Below, one piece after another: positions 9,290-18,227 of a stretch of DNA of 64,000 nt; position 1 is the first letter of the stretch; each line of letters opens with the position of its first letter. A program made the position numbers and the translations under genes. The DNA comes from a virus. The stretch is taken from the IMG/VR virus record IMGVR_UViG_3300045988_023867. One strand, written 5' to 3'. Below the pieces are notes generated by a model, which did not search any database, had not been told where the DNA came from, and worked only from the letters and a program-made list of their open reading frames with translations.

Positions 9290-10243
9290 ATGGACGAGAA
9301 AGTAGAAGAACAAAAGAAAGAAGTTGCTACAAAAGAACATTCCGTTGTAGCAACAAGTAAAGATGTGAATACTCAACCTGTTGGAAATGTAGTTCATGCA
9401 TTGAATAGTATAAACCTTTTAGACCCAGCTCAATTAGAGAATGCTAAAGTGTTTATGTTACAGATAATGCGGAGTAAGAAAGGTGGTATTGCTAGTGTAG
9501 AAGATGGCTTAGCTGTTCTAATGAGAGCACAAGACCTTAATCTTCCATTTAGTACTTGCCTTGAACATATCCACGTTATAAATGGTAAAACAGGTATTGA
9601 TATTCACGTTATTAAATCGTTATTATCAAAGGCAGGACTAACATGGGAATGTACAAAAGATTATAGTCCTCTGTATGAATATACAGATGGTTTTAACGTT
9701 TATGTTGAAGATAAACTTCCTGACTATTGTATTAAATGCAATAATCGTAAAGAAGCAGAGAAGAGACAAGCAGAGAATAAAGATGATGATGTAGTTTATG
9801 TATATCCTACTCTTTATTTTAAAGATTTTAATGGCAATATATATAAGAGTTATCAATGGAATAATAAACTCTCTATTGCTATGAATCCTGCTCATGCTCA
9901 AGAACTTGCTAAACAAGGTCTTGTCCCTGTTTATCGAATACCTAATCAACCTGTTGATTATGTAACCGAATACGATATTTGTCGTGTAGTTCGTGGTAAG
10001 GAAGTTCATTCTATTGGTAGATTTAGTTTTAGTGAAGCTCAAGCTGCTGAAATGTTTGAGAAAGATACATATAAAAAGTATCCTCGAATACTTATCAGTC
10101 ATAGGGCATTTACTTATGCTGCTCGTGATATAGCTAGCGATATTCTATTTGGTGTGTATGAAACTACCGAACTCAAAATAGTTGCTGGCGCAGAGCTTAA
10201 CGATGCAGATATTATTGATATTGAAGCTCAAGAAGTAAAGTGA
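9290..10243 (+). CDS. Hypothetical protein, possibly a RecT-like single-strand annealing protein
   Basis: The segment GGIASVEDGLAVLMRAQDLNLPFSTCLEHIHVINGKTGI loosely resembles the RecT core. It sits beside the SSB-like gene. Weak call. Confidence 0.5.
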   Translation: MDEKVEEQKKEVATKEHSVVATSKDVNTQPVGNVVHALNSINLLDPAQLENAKVFMLQIMRSKKGGIASVEDGLAVLMRAQDLNLPFSTCLEHIHVINGKTGIDIHVIKSLLSKAGLTWECTKDYSPLYEYTDGFNVYVEDKLPDYCIKCNNRKEAEKRQAENKDDDVVYVYPTLYFKDFNGNIYKSYQWNNKLSIAMNPAHAQELAKQGLVPVYRIPNQPVDYVTEYDICRVVRGKEVHSIGRFSFSEAQAAEMFEKDTYKKYPRILISHRAFTYAARDIASDILFGVYETTELKIVAGAELNDADIIDIEAQEVK

Positions 10244-10297
10244 AATTAACGGGCTAATAAAGCTCATATTTATAAACAATTTAATCCATAAATTATT

Positions 10298-11116
10298 ATG
10301 AAAACTTTTGGAAAAATGTCTTTCGGTTTTAGTGCAGTTAATGCAGGTCAGAGAAATGTAAGTTATGAACCAGAACTTGTAGCAAATGCTGCTTTGGGCG
10401 GTTTCCGTATTACACCTCCTGTTTCTAAAGCACTTGGTTTGCAAGCCGGTGATAACATTATGTTTGTGACTACTGCTGACAATGTAGCAGAAGCTATTCG
10501 TAACAAAGTTCCTGAACTTGTTGAGTTCTGTACTGAAAACGGTCTTGATATTGATTCTCCGGAAGCCGCTATCGCTATTCATAGAGAATTTGATATGTGG
10601 GGTATTGCCAAAGGTATCCAGGAATTTGATGCAAAAGGTAATCCGAAAACTACTCGTGAACGTATGACGAAAGATGACAAGATGAAGTATGTAGAAGCAC
10701 ACTTCGAGGATTGCTTGGAATCTGCCCGTAACTCACAGAATGAAGAATTGGTTGCCGCTTTGAACCGTGAAGGAGCTACAGAAGAGGAACTGAAAGCTGT
10801 TCTTATGGAAGCTATTCAAGGTGACGAAATTCCGAAACGTAAAGGAAGCAAATCTGCAAATCCTGCCGGAACTACTGGTACAGGAGTTTCATTGACATTT
10901 ACTGACTCTAACGTTTGGATGCAGTTGAAGGCTCACATGGGAGACCGTGCTAAGACTATGAACTTAGTATTCTCTGTAAATCCAGAAGAACTTGCTGATG
11001 CAGAAATCTTCAATGGCTATGAAAATGTAGCTGTTAAAGTTGCTGTACTTGGCGAATCTCGTGAAGAAAAACCTGCTCGTGTTGGTGAAAAGAAGGCTGA
11101 ACAAGCTGCTGAATAA
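10298..11116 (+). CDS. Hypothetical abundant protein
   Basis: GC content and codon usage are noticeably higher than in neighbouring genes. Followed by a strong intrinsic terminator at 11155-11200. Confidence 0.6.
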   Translation: MKTFGKMSFGFSAVNAGQRNVSYEPELVANAALGGFRITPPVSKALGLQAGDNIMFVTTADNVAEAIRNKVPELVEFCTENGLDIDSPEAAIAIHREFDMWGIAKGIQEFDAKGNPKTTRERMTKDDKMKYVEAHFEDCLESARNSQNEELVAALNREGATEEELKAVLMEAIQGDEIPKRKGSKSANPAGTTGTGVSLTFTDSNVWMQLKAHMGDRAKTMNLVFSVNPEELADAEIFNGYENVAVKVAVLGESREEKPARVGEKKAEQAAE

Positions 11117-11154
11117 CTCGTCCGTTATTAGACATCCTTTTTTCATTTAATAAT

Positions 11155-11200
11155 GTAGAGCCGTACATGGAGTTAATCTAAGTGCGGCTCTCTTTTTATC
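11155..11200 (+). terminator. Intrinsic terminator (stem AGAGCCG/CGGCTCT followed by CTTTTTATC)
   Basis: Hairpin then T-run, 40 nt after the stop of ORF 10298-11116. Confidence 0.7.
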
Positions 11201-11234
11201 TATATATTTTATTAATCTTTTAAATTTAGTTGAA

Positions 11235-12221
11235 ATGAGTACTCAAACTAAAGAAGAACAAGAGAAAGTTAATGCAGGAAAACCTGTAAGTGCCAAACAA
11301 GAAGAAGCTCAACCTAAGAAAAAGCGTAGAGGTATTAGTAATGATACTCGTGCTGCTTCTCGTTTAAAGTTTGACGAACGTAGAGATGCTAAACCTAATG
11401 GTTTGTTCATTGGACATCTTGATAATGTAGAAATCAAATGGGTAACTCTTGGAGAAGAAGTTCAAGGTTTACAATCATTTGCTGGTTTGGCTATTCCTAT
11501 CCTTACTGTAACATTTGCAAGTAATGATGAAAATGAATCTGTTCGTCGTTATGTTACTCACCGTATGATGCCGGCTGAAAGTAATGCTCTTACTATCGTT
11601 GGTGGTGCAGAAGCTTGGAAAGTTGATTCTGTTCTTGGTTGGATGAAACATCTTATGGATGTATATATCCTTAAAGGTCGTCCTATGACTGAAGAAGAAG
11701 AAGATGCTTTATGCTTGCCGTTTGAAGATAGTGACGATGAAGGAAATTATGTTCCTGTTGAACCGCAAGTTGTTGTAGATGGTTGGAAGTCTATGTTCGA
11801 GAACTTTATCAAGATGATGAACAATGACGGTAAACCTGTTTATAAGAGTGCAACAGGAGGTATTCTTCCGATTTGGATTAAACTTCTTCGCTTCACTAAA
11901 GTTAAGAATGCTTGGCAACCTGTTGTTCGCGGCAAATCTACAATGGGTGATTTAGGATTTACTAACTTTGTTGGAGAAGGTTGTATTGAACTTTATAAAC
12001 AAAATGTTGCTCCGATGTTGAAAGTAGACCCTGCTAAGGAATCTATTGTATATCGTGAAACAAAAGTTGCTGCACCTACTATACCTGCTGCTGCACCTAT
12101 GATGGGTGGAACTATGCCTGGAGTTCAAATGGGTGGAGCAATGCCTGGAACTGCACCGACTGACTTTGCAGCTTCTCCTTTCGCTGCTGGCGGAAATCCT
12201 GCTGATGACCTACCATTCTAA
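11235..12221 (+). CDS. Putative single-stranded DNA-binding protein
   Basis: Gly/Met/Pro-rich flexible C-terminus ending in the acidic tail ADDLPF, of the same kind as the bacterial SSB DDDIPF tail. Codon usage is biased and the gene has its own terminator at 12250-12292. Confidence 0.5.
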   Translation: MSTQTKEEQEKVNAGKPVSAKQEEAQPKKKRRGISNDTRAASRLKFDERRDAKPNGLFIGHLDNVEIKWVTLGEEVQGLQSFAGLAIPILTVTFASNDENESVRRYVTHRMMPAESNALTIVGGAEAWKVDSVLGWMKHLMDVYILKGRPMTEEEEDALCLPFEDSDDEGNYVPVEPQVVVDGWKSMFENFIKMMNNDGKPVYKSATGGILPIWIKLLRFTKVKNAWQPVVRGKSTMGDLGFTNFVGEGCIELYKQNVAPMLKVDPAKESIVYRETKVAAPTIPAAAPMMGGTMPGVQMGGAMPGTAPTDFAASPFAAGGNPADDLPF

Positions 12222-12249
12222 GAAAAGTTAGTTAAATAATTGGATATAA

Positions 12250-12292
12250 AAGGGTGAGATACTATATTTGGTGTCTCACCCTTTTTTTTATT
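12250..12292 (+). terminator. Intrinsic terminator (stem AGGGTGAGA/TCTCACCCT followed by TTTTTTTTA)
   Basis: Hairpin then T8 after the SSB-like gene. Confidence 0.8.
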
Positions 12293-12319
12293 ATCCACAT
12301 TTAAGATGTTAAAACCAAT

Positions 12320-13516
12320 ATGAGAAGAACTGTAACTAACGGTAATCTTACTAAAGAATTTATACTTTCTAAAATAAGTCAAGTTAGCATTTTTAGTGCT
12401 TATACAGGTGTAGATACAGAAGTAATAGAAAACTGTATTAATACCGGAGAATTTATATCAAGTCCTTTTCGTGTTGATGAACATCCTAGTTTCGGTTTTA
12501 AATATGACAATCGTGGTAAGTTAAAAGCTAAAGATTTTGCTGGTTATTTTCATGGAGATTGTTTTGACGCTGCTGCATTAGTTATCAGCGAGATTATTCA
12601 TAAGAATGTTGATATATCTAATAAAGGTTGGTTTATATTTGTTCTTAAACATATTGCATATACTTTTAGAAATATAATATATGGTAAGGATAAAGACGAA
12701 AATATCGAAGGAATAATAGCCGAAGGAGTTAATGCTGCTAGAAATAGAAAACATATTATAGAATTTGTTCCTAGACAATGGAATAATTATGATAAAAACT
12801 ATTGGGGAAAGTTTCATATCCCTATTAGTTATCTTAATACTAATTTTGTTTATCCTGTTGATTACTTTTATATTAATAGAAAAGTTAATCCTGAACCTAA
12901 ATACTATTATGAGAATGATAGAAAGGATGTATGTTATGCTTATATGCTAGGACAAGATAAACGAGGAGTATATAATATTAAACTGTATTTTCCTAATAGA
13001 AAACATGGAACTGTTAGATTTATTACTAATAGTAATTGTTTAGAAGGATTACTCAATCTCGAACTTAGTGAATATGATTCTATTATTATAACTAAAAGTA
13101 CTAAAGATAGAATAAGTCTTAGAGCGTATTTAGATGCAATAGACTTGTCTATCCCCTACGGGGGAACAGCCCTGCGAACCATAGGTCTTGTTAATATACC
13201 TCATGAATCATATAAACTTAAACAAAATGAATACGATTGGTTACGAGCAAAATGTCCTAATGGACTTATATTGTCTTTAATGGATAATGATAATACGGGA
13301 TATCGTGAAGCTATTTGGTTAAGAAATAATTATAATATAATACCGTTATGTATTCCTAGAGAATATGAAGTTAAAGACTTTGCTGAATTACGTAGTAAAT
13401 ATTCAATCGAAACTATAAAAGAACTTATTAATCTATCATATAATTATATAGCAGATAATTATGCAGAAAACGAATTTTCTTGGGATACGGGAGAAAGCTA
13501 TCCTCAACCGTTTTAA
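12320..13516 (+). CDS. DnaG-like DNA primase (zinc-ribbon-like N-terminus plus TOPRIM)
   Basis: SPFRVDEHPSFGF...FHGDCFD aligns with the DnaG CPFHxExTPSF...CFGCG pattern, but most cysteines are replaced. The TOPRIM DxD motif is MDNDNTGYREA. A GC-rich element is inserted at 13145-13176, read as PYGGTA. Confidence 0.6.
   Translation: MRRTVTNGNLTKEFILSKISQVSIFSAYTGVDTEVIENCINTGEFISSPFRVDEHPSFGFKYDNRGKLKAKDFAGYFHGDCFDAAALVISEIIHKNVDISNKGWFIFVLKHIAYTFRNIIYGKDKDENIEGIIAEGVNAARNRKHIIEFVPRQWNNYDKNYWGKFHIPISYLNTNFVYPVDYFYINRKVNPEPKYYYENDRKDVCYAYMLGQDKRGVYNIKLYFPNRKHGTVRFITNSNCLEGLLNLELSEYDSIIITKSTKDRISLRAYLDAIDLSIPYGGTALRTIGLVNIPHESYKLKQNEYDWLRAKCPNGLILSLMDNDNTGYREAIWLRNNYNIIPLCIPREYEVKDFAELRSKYSIETIKELINLSYNYIADNYAENEFSWDTGESYPQPF
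13145..13176 (+). repeat. GC-rich element copy, forward, inside the primase gene
   Basis: TTGTCTATCCCCTACGGGGGAACAGCCCTGCG, read as SIPYGGTALR. Confidence 0.85.
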
Positions 13517-13892
13517 AGGTGTTACAGGTTATGAGTATGTAGTTATGCGTCCTATTACTAAAGAAATAGAGCATGAACTTGATACAGACGAAAAGGCTGT
13601 TTTACCTAATGGAGCTTCTATAAGTAGAAAATCTATTTATATTTATGGAGCTGTTGATGTTACAAATCCTGATGATATAGGAATTATCAAAAAGTTTAAC
13701 TTATTAGATGATTCTGATAAAGGAAATATAATTCCATCTGGATTTGATTATTTAGAAGGAGTTGCACACCACGATGGTATTATTAAATATAAACCTACTT
13801 GGGACGTTGTTGAATGGTTTAAATACAATCATTGTTTGATTGGTAAACCTGAACGTATTGTAATATTTCAATGTAGCAAATCATCATTATAA
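13461..13892 (+). CDS. Hypothetical protein
   Basis: 143-aa ORF overlapping the primase 3' end. An alternative in-frame start lies at 13545. Confidence 0.35.
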   Translation: MQKTNFLGIREKAILNRFKGVTGYEYVVMRPITKEIEHELDTDEKAVLPNGASISRKSIYIYGAVDVTNPDDIGIIKKFNLLDDSDKGNIIPSGFDYLEGVAHHDGIIKYKPTWDVVEWFKYNHCLIGKPERIVIFQCSKSSL

Positions 13893-14398
13893 TGGTAACA
13901 CTTGACGCGCAAGATATACGATTTGTTGAAGCACATATTAAACAATATGGTGGAATAGACAAAGCTATACAAGTTGTGCTAAAAGAACTTGATGCTACTT
14001 TAGTTCTTCCTGATGGTAGTCGACCTCGTCAAACTAATAGCTATGTTTGGCAAAGAAGTGATGCAGAATTTGCTTATCTTCTAAATAAAGCTATGGATAA
14101 TGGAATGACTAATGAAGAATATACTAAAGTTATGGAACAATATGGAGAGGTTTTAAAGAAAAATGAATTATATGAACTTGAGAATCCTCCTGTTGTTTAT
14201 AGTAAGAAGGTTCGTAGTAGTACTCGTAAAGTACGAGTTGATAAAGTTCAATCTATGTTTGATGGTGATATTCTTAAAGTAGGGGAAAAAGCTGTTAAAG
14301 CTAAACCTAAAAAAGAAACTGTTGCCGAACGTAAGGCTAGAATACTTAGTAATAAAGCTGTTACATTTGCATTTGGAAATTTTAAAGCTAAAAACTAA
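13892..14398 (+). CDS. Hypothetical protein
   Basis: 168-aa ORF with basic C-terminus. Its stop overlaps the next start (TAAATGG). Confidence 0.5.
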   Translation: MVTLDAQDIRFVEAHIKQYGGIDKAIQVVLKELDATLVLPDGSRPRQTNSYVWQRSDAEFAYLLNKAMDNGMTNEEYTKVMEQYGEVLKKNELYELENPPVVYSKKVRSSTRKVRVDKVQSMFDGDILKVGEKAVKAKPKKETVAERKARILSNKAVTFAFGNFKAKN

Positions 14399-15631
14399 AT
14401 GGAACAATGGTTATATAGAAAGAATAATAATGAAGTTCCTACACGGTGGAGAGCTGGAATTACCGATAATGGTTTAATTATTGAAGTTGAATATGGAATT
14501 GTCGGTAAAGCTAGTAGATTTGAAGCTTATAAAGTTACTCAAAAGAATGCCACTGCTGAACTTGAAAGTAGATATAGAGATAAACGTAAGACAGGATATA
14601 TGTCTATTGAAGACATTAAAGACGATGGTGATATTTTTCGTTCCCCCGTAGAGGATGGAGACATAAATAATCTCTATCAATATCTTGCCGCTTATCTACC
14701 AAAATATCGTACTAATGAAAATAATGGTGGACTATTACCAATGCTTGCCAAATCTTATACAGGTAAAGTATGGGATAAAGTTCCTGTTATGATTGGACAA
14801 TATAAGATTAATGGTCTTAGATGTTTTATTAGTGCTGAATATAACAATGGAGATATGTTTAAGCCTATAAAACTTAGATTTCAATCTCGTGAAGGTATTT
14901 ATTGGAGCACTCTTAGTAATCTTGAAGAATATCTTCTTACCGTCCTTCCTGAAGATTTAATTACAGCTATGATTGAAGAACAATGGTCGCTTGATGGTGA
15001 GATTTATCTTCCGGGATATACTGTAAATCAAATTAATCATTTTGTTAAAGACGCTAATTGTGTTGAAAATAAAGCTCTTCAATTTTGGTGTTACGATTTA
15101 GCTGTGCCAGAGATGAGTCAAAGTAATAGACTTGTTCTTATTGATAAATATCTTGATAATAGAATAACTAATTTTCATGATTATAAAGAACATCTTAATA
15201 ATGACAAACGTCTTATACGTCTACCTTCTATTTTTATAACAAACGATAATGAAGCTTTAAAATATAGAGATGAGTTTATTGGTCTTGGGTTTGAAGGACT
15301 TATTCTTCGTAATCCTTCTGCTGATTATCAATATGGTCGTAGACGTGTCGGTTATATGGAGAAGTTTAAATCTGCTACTGATGGTAAATTTCTTATAGTA
15401 GATATTTATAAAGAACCTAAGAGAGAATTACCTATTATTCTTTGTCAGAATGATGTAAATACTGCTAAATTTAAAACAAGACTTAGTGCTACTCATGAAT
15501 ATCAACAAATGATATTAAGAGATAAACATCTTTATATTGGAAAATATCTATTCGTTGAATTTGGAGAACGTAGTGGTGTTGAAAAAGTACCCTCTCATAT
15601 AAAGAAAACTCAAATAATACTTGATGAATAA
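14399..15631 (+). CDS. ATP-dependent DNA ligase-like nucleotidyltransferase
   Basis: Motif I is KINGLR, a KxDGxR variant. Motif III is SLDGEIYL, motif IV is FEGLILRNP, and motif V is EKFKS. A GC-rich element is inserted at 14641-14664, read as SPVEDGD. Confidence 0.6.
   Translation: MEQWLYRKNNNEVPTRWRAGITDNGLIIEVEYGIVGKASRFEAYKVTQKNATAELESRYRDKRKTGYMSIEDIKDDGDIFRSPVEDGDINNLYQYLAAYLPKYRTNENNGGLLPMLAKSYTGKVWDKVPVMIGQYKINGLRCFISAEYNNGDMFKPIKLRFQSREGIYWSTLSNLEEYLLTVLPEDLITAMIEEQWSLDGEIYLPGYTVNQINHFVKDANCVENKALQFWCYDLAVPEMSQSNRLVLIDKYLDNRITNFHDYKEHLNNDKRLIRLPSIFITNDNEALKYRDEFIGLGFEGLILRNPSADYQYGRRRVGYMEKFKSATDGKFLIVDIYKEPKRELPIILCQNDVNTAKFKTRLSATHEYQQMILRDKHLYIGKYLFVEFGERSGVEKVPSHIKKTQIILDE
14641..14664 (-). 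repeat. GC-rich element copy, reverse, inside the ligase gene
   Basis: TTCCCCCGTAGAGGATGGAGACAT, read as SPVEDGD. Confidence 0.85.
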
Positions 15632-15977
15632 TGTTAGATTAATATATAATATTATTAATACTACGGTTGATAAAGATAAACCGTATTATGTTGTTAAAGA
15701 TAATGTTATTTATATTAGAGATAAATCTCTATTTGATAATAAATATTATCTTGAAGCTGATTATTATAGTCCTACTGAAGGTCGTAAATTAATTATTATA
15801 CTTAGTAAAGAAAAGATTGATAATAATTGTCGTCAATGTAAAGTTGATAATTATGGTAGACTTAAAATAAGACCTGTTGCTCATAGAGAATATTTGCAAA
15901 CAGTTTATAGTAGAGATTCTAATATTCAATTTGTGTTAGATAGTATGAATGATGAATTTGTTGCTTATAGAATTTAA
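15621..15977 (+). CDS. Hypothetical protein
   Basis: 118-aa ORF, followed by a terminator-like hairpin at 16006-16058. Confidence 0.4.
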   Translation: MMNNVRLIYNIINTTVDKDKPYYVVKDNVIYIRDKSLFDNKYYLEADYYSPTEGRKLIIILSKEKIDNNCRQCKVDNYGRLKIRPVAHREYLQTVYSRDSNIQFVLDSMNDEFVAYRI

Positions 15978-16005
15978 TATATAGATGTTGGTTAGTGATT
16001 GAGTT

Positions 16006-16058
16006 GCGGAAGTAGTTGTAGATTTTGACGTCTATGACTGCTTCCGCTTTCTTGTTTT
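16006..16058 (+). terminator. Terminator-like hairpin (GCGGAAG...CTTCCGC followed by TTTCTTGTTTT)
   Basis: Lies 30 nt after ORF 15621-15977, inside a 240-bp non-coding region. Confidence 0.5.
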
Positions 16059-16160
16059 ATGCTGGCAAAATGTACTACGATGTGCCCGTAGATAGCATTC
16101 TTTTGCCCGTCATGGCATTCAACCCTATCAGCCAATGTCTTGTTAAGATTCTAATTTGCG

Positions 16161-16186
16161 TTCAATGGTGAGCCTTAAAATGAGTC
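16161..16186 (+). promoter_or_regulatory. Conserved upstream motif TTCAATGGTGAGCCTTAAAATGAGTC (candidate promoter) with downstream TATATAAT
   Basis: 24 of 26 positions identical to the 853-878 site. Lies 55 nt upstream of the first ATG of the kinase gene. Confidence 0.5.
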
Positions 16187-16240
16187 AAAAAATATATTAT
16201 TATATAATTTGGTATATTGTTATTATTGTTACATTTGCGA

Positions 16241-17050
16241 ATGCAATTAAACCTATTAGATATGATTAAAGATATTAAACCTATTATTGGTATAGCAGGT
16301 AAAGCTAAGTCTGGTAAAGATACTGTTGCTGGTATGATTGCATATATTATACGAGAAGGACTATTTAGAGCCGATTATAGGAATTGGAGTATACGTTTTG
16401 ATAAACCAGGAGTTACTAGAGAAATTGGCGCTATTATTCATTTTGCTGATTTTGTAAAAGATATTTGTTCTAGAGTATTTCTTATTAATAGAGAATATTT
16501 TGACAAAATTCTTTATAAAGAACAATTATGCTATCTTATGGATAATGGTAAGTTCGTTAAACTTAACGAAGTACCGAGCGATTATATAATTGCTAATCAT
16601 GCTATATTAAGTACTACTTCCATTGCTTCTCTACTTAAAGGTTATAACAATAAAGTTGCTATTAGCCTTAGAACTATGTTACAATATGTTGGAACAGAAC
16701 TTGGTAGAAATCAATTAGGAGACAATTGTTGGATTAATGCTACTATGTCTAATGCTGGTATAATACGTAATAGATTTGGATTTTGTACCATAGCTGACGT
16801 AAGATTTGCTAATGAATGTGACGCTATAAGAAAACAAAAAGGAGGATTTGTTATTGAAATTAAAAGACCTAATGACGACGAAATTAAACCTAAAGGTTCT
16901 GTTCATATTAGTGAATCTCTTGAAGGTATTAATCCAGATTTTGTTATTGATAATGATGGTAATAAGTTCAAGTTATTTCACCAAGTGTTGTCAGTATTAG
17001 ATAAGATAAATCAATCTTCTCATTCCCTACGGGGGAACAGCCCAAAGTAA
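16241..17050 (+). CDS. P-loop nucleotide kinase, dNMP-kinase-like
   Basis: Walker A is GIAGKAKSGKDT. The track ORF begins at a TTG at 16217; the first ATG is at 16241. The C-terminus is built from a GC-rich element, read as SLRGNSPK followed by the stop. Confidence 0.55.
   Translation: MQLNLLDMIKDIKPIIGIAGKAKSGKDTVAGMIAYIIREGLFRADYRNWSIRFDKPGVTREIGAIIHFADFVKDICSRVFLINREYFDKILYKEQLCYLMDNGKFVKLNEVPSDYIIANHAILSTTSIASLLKGYNNKVAISLRTMLQYVGTELGRNQLGDNCWINATMSNAGIIRNRFGFCTIADVRFANECDAIRKQKGGFVIEIKRPNDDEIKPKGSVHISESLEGINPDFVIDNDGNKFKLFHQVLSVLDKINQSSHSLRGNSPK
17015..17044 (+). repeat. GC-rich element copy, forward, forming the 3' end of the kinase gene
   Basis: TCTTCTCATTCCCTACGGGGGAACAGCCCA, read as SHSLRGNSPK followed by the stop. 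Confidence 0.85.
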
Positions 17051-17053
17051 TAT

Positions 17054-17332
17054 ATGGAATATGTTGTTATACGTCCGCCTGTTAAGAATACTACACATCC
17101 CGAAACTATGTTGGTTCATTATGTAGTAAGTAGAACTAGAATACGTAAAGTTATTGATGCTTATTTTAATGGAGAATTTGTAGTTAAAGATGAATATCCT
17201 CCATTGGGGGTATTTAAAGTTATTATTGGTAAACGTAAACCTAGAACTTTTGTTGAGGCGGTTCAATTAGCTAGATATAAAAATTACGAATATGAAAATA
17301 GTAAGACCAAAAGTAGAGGAATGGATTCCTAA
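17054..17332 (+). CDS. Hypothetical small protein
   Basis: 92-aa ORF overlapping the thyX start. Confidence 0.35.
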   Translation: MEYVVIRPPVKNTTHPETMLVHYVVSRTRIRKVIDAYFNGEFVVKDEYPPLGVFKVIIGKRKPRTFVEAVQLARYKNYEYENSKTKSRGMDS

Positions 17333-18227
17333 AGATAATGTTATCCATGTTGCTAGATGTGCAAGAGTTTGTTATGCTCTTAAAACTGGAAGAGATGATG
17401 GACAACTTTATGATGATTTAATAAAGTCTAAACATCTTAGTATGTTGAGACATGAATCTCATTATTTTATAATGAGTAAATTTACTTCTGCTGCTAAACA
17501 TATTATTGATAATTTTAAAGAATGTCCTTATATAGAATTTGAAGCTTATAAAGATAAACTTTATGTTGCTACTAATGGGCAATTTCTTTTTGAACGTCCG
17601 TCTATATGTACTGTCTTATACGAATACGAAGTTAGTAGAGAACATTTTGCTGAAATTGAAATAGGACATAAACTTATGAGATATACTTTTAATGTTATTA
17701 CACAAGTTAGTACATCTCGTGAATTGAATCGTGTTAGTCCTAATAATATCGCTGAACAGTCTACTCGTTATTGTAATTATTCTCGTGGTAGATTTGAAGG
17801 AGAATGTGCTATTTGTCAACCACATTGGTTTGATTGTATGCAAGAAGAAGTTGCTTATTATAAGTATGACTATGAAGGATATTGTCATTATATTAAGAAT
17901 GATGATGGAGAATGGCATCCTTATGATAACAGTCAAGTTGTACTATATAAATATAAACAACCAATGCTTCAACGTTATCTTCTTGATAACTATAAATCTT
18001 GTAAATCTTACCTTGACCAAATTGCAGATGGAATGGAACCTCAAGATGCTAGAGGAGAATTGCCTCTTGATTTAGCTACTGAAGTAGTATATACATATAG
18101 TGCACGTGAGTGGCAGCATATTATTGATTTAAGATATTTTGGTAAGACTGGCGCTCCACATCCAAATTGCGTTATTGTAACTAAACTTATAAAAGAACGA
18201 TTAGAAGAATTAGGATATGATTTTTGA
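17292..18227 (+). CDS. thyX: Flavin-dependent thymidylate synthase ThyX
   Basis: The ARCARVCY segment matches ThyX AARVS. KHLSMLRHESHYF matches the HETPFEH-type motif, and SxRY plus YSAREWQHIIDLR match the RHR/ARSLMNFLNLR region. At 311 aa it is longer than typical ThyX proteins. Confidence 0.7.
   Translation: MKIVRPKVEEWIPKDNVIHVARCARVCYALKTGRDDGQLYDDLIKSKHLSMLRHESHYFIMSKFTSAAKHIIDNFKECPYIEFEAYKDKLYVATNGQFLFERPSICTVLYEYEVSREHFAEIEIGHKLMRYTFNVITQVSTSRELNRVSPNNIAEQSTRYCNYSRGRFEGECAICQPHWFDCMQEEVAYYKYDYEGYCHYIKNDDGEWHPYDNSQVVLYKYKQPMLQRYLLDNYKSCKSYLDQIADGMEPQDARGELPLDLATEVVYTYSAREWQHIIDLRYFGKTGAPHPNCVIVTKLIKERLEELGYDF

Noticed and set aside
16060-16160. tRNA gene in GC-richer non-coding stretches (also checked 23690-23790).
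   Set aside because: No 7-bp acceptor stem enclosing about 58 nt. No T-loop GTTCRANYC or D-loop signature. The 23732-23781 structure is a simple long hairpin with T-tracts.
16217-16240. TTG start for the kinase ORF as given by the ORF track (MLLLLHLR...).
   Set aside because: Non-ATG start with an odd Leu-rich N-terminus. The ATG at 16241 lies an appropriate distance from the upstream motif, so it is preferred, though not proven.
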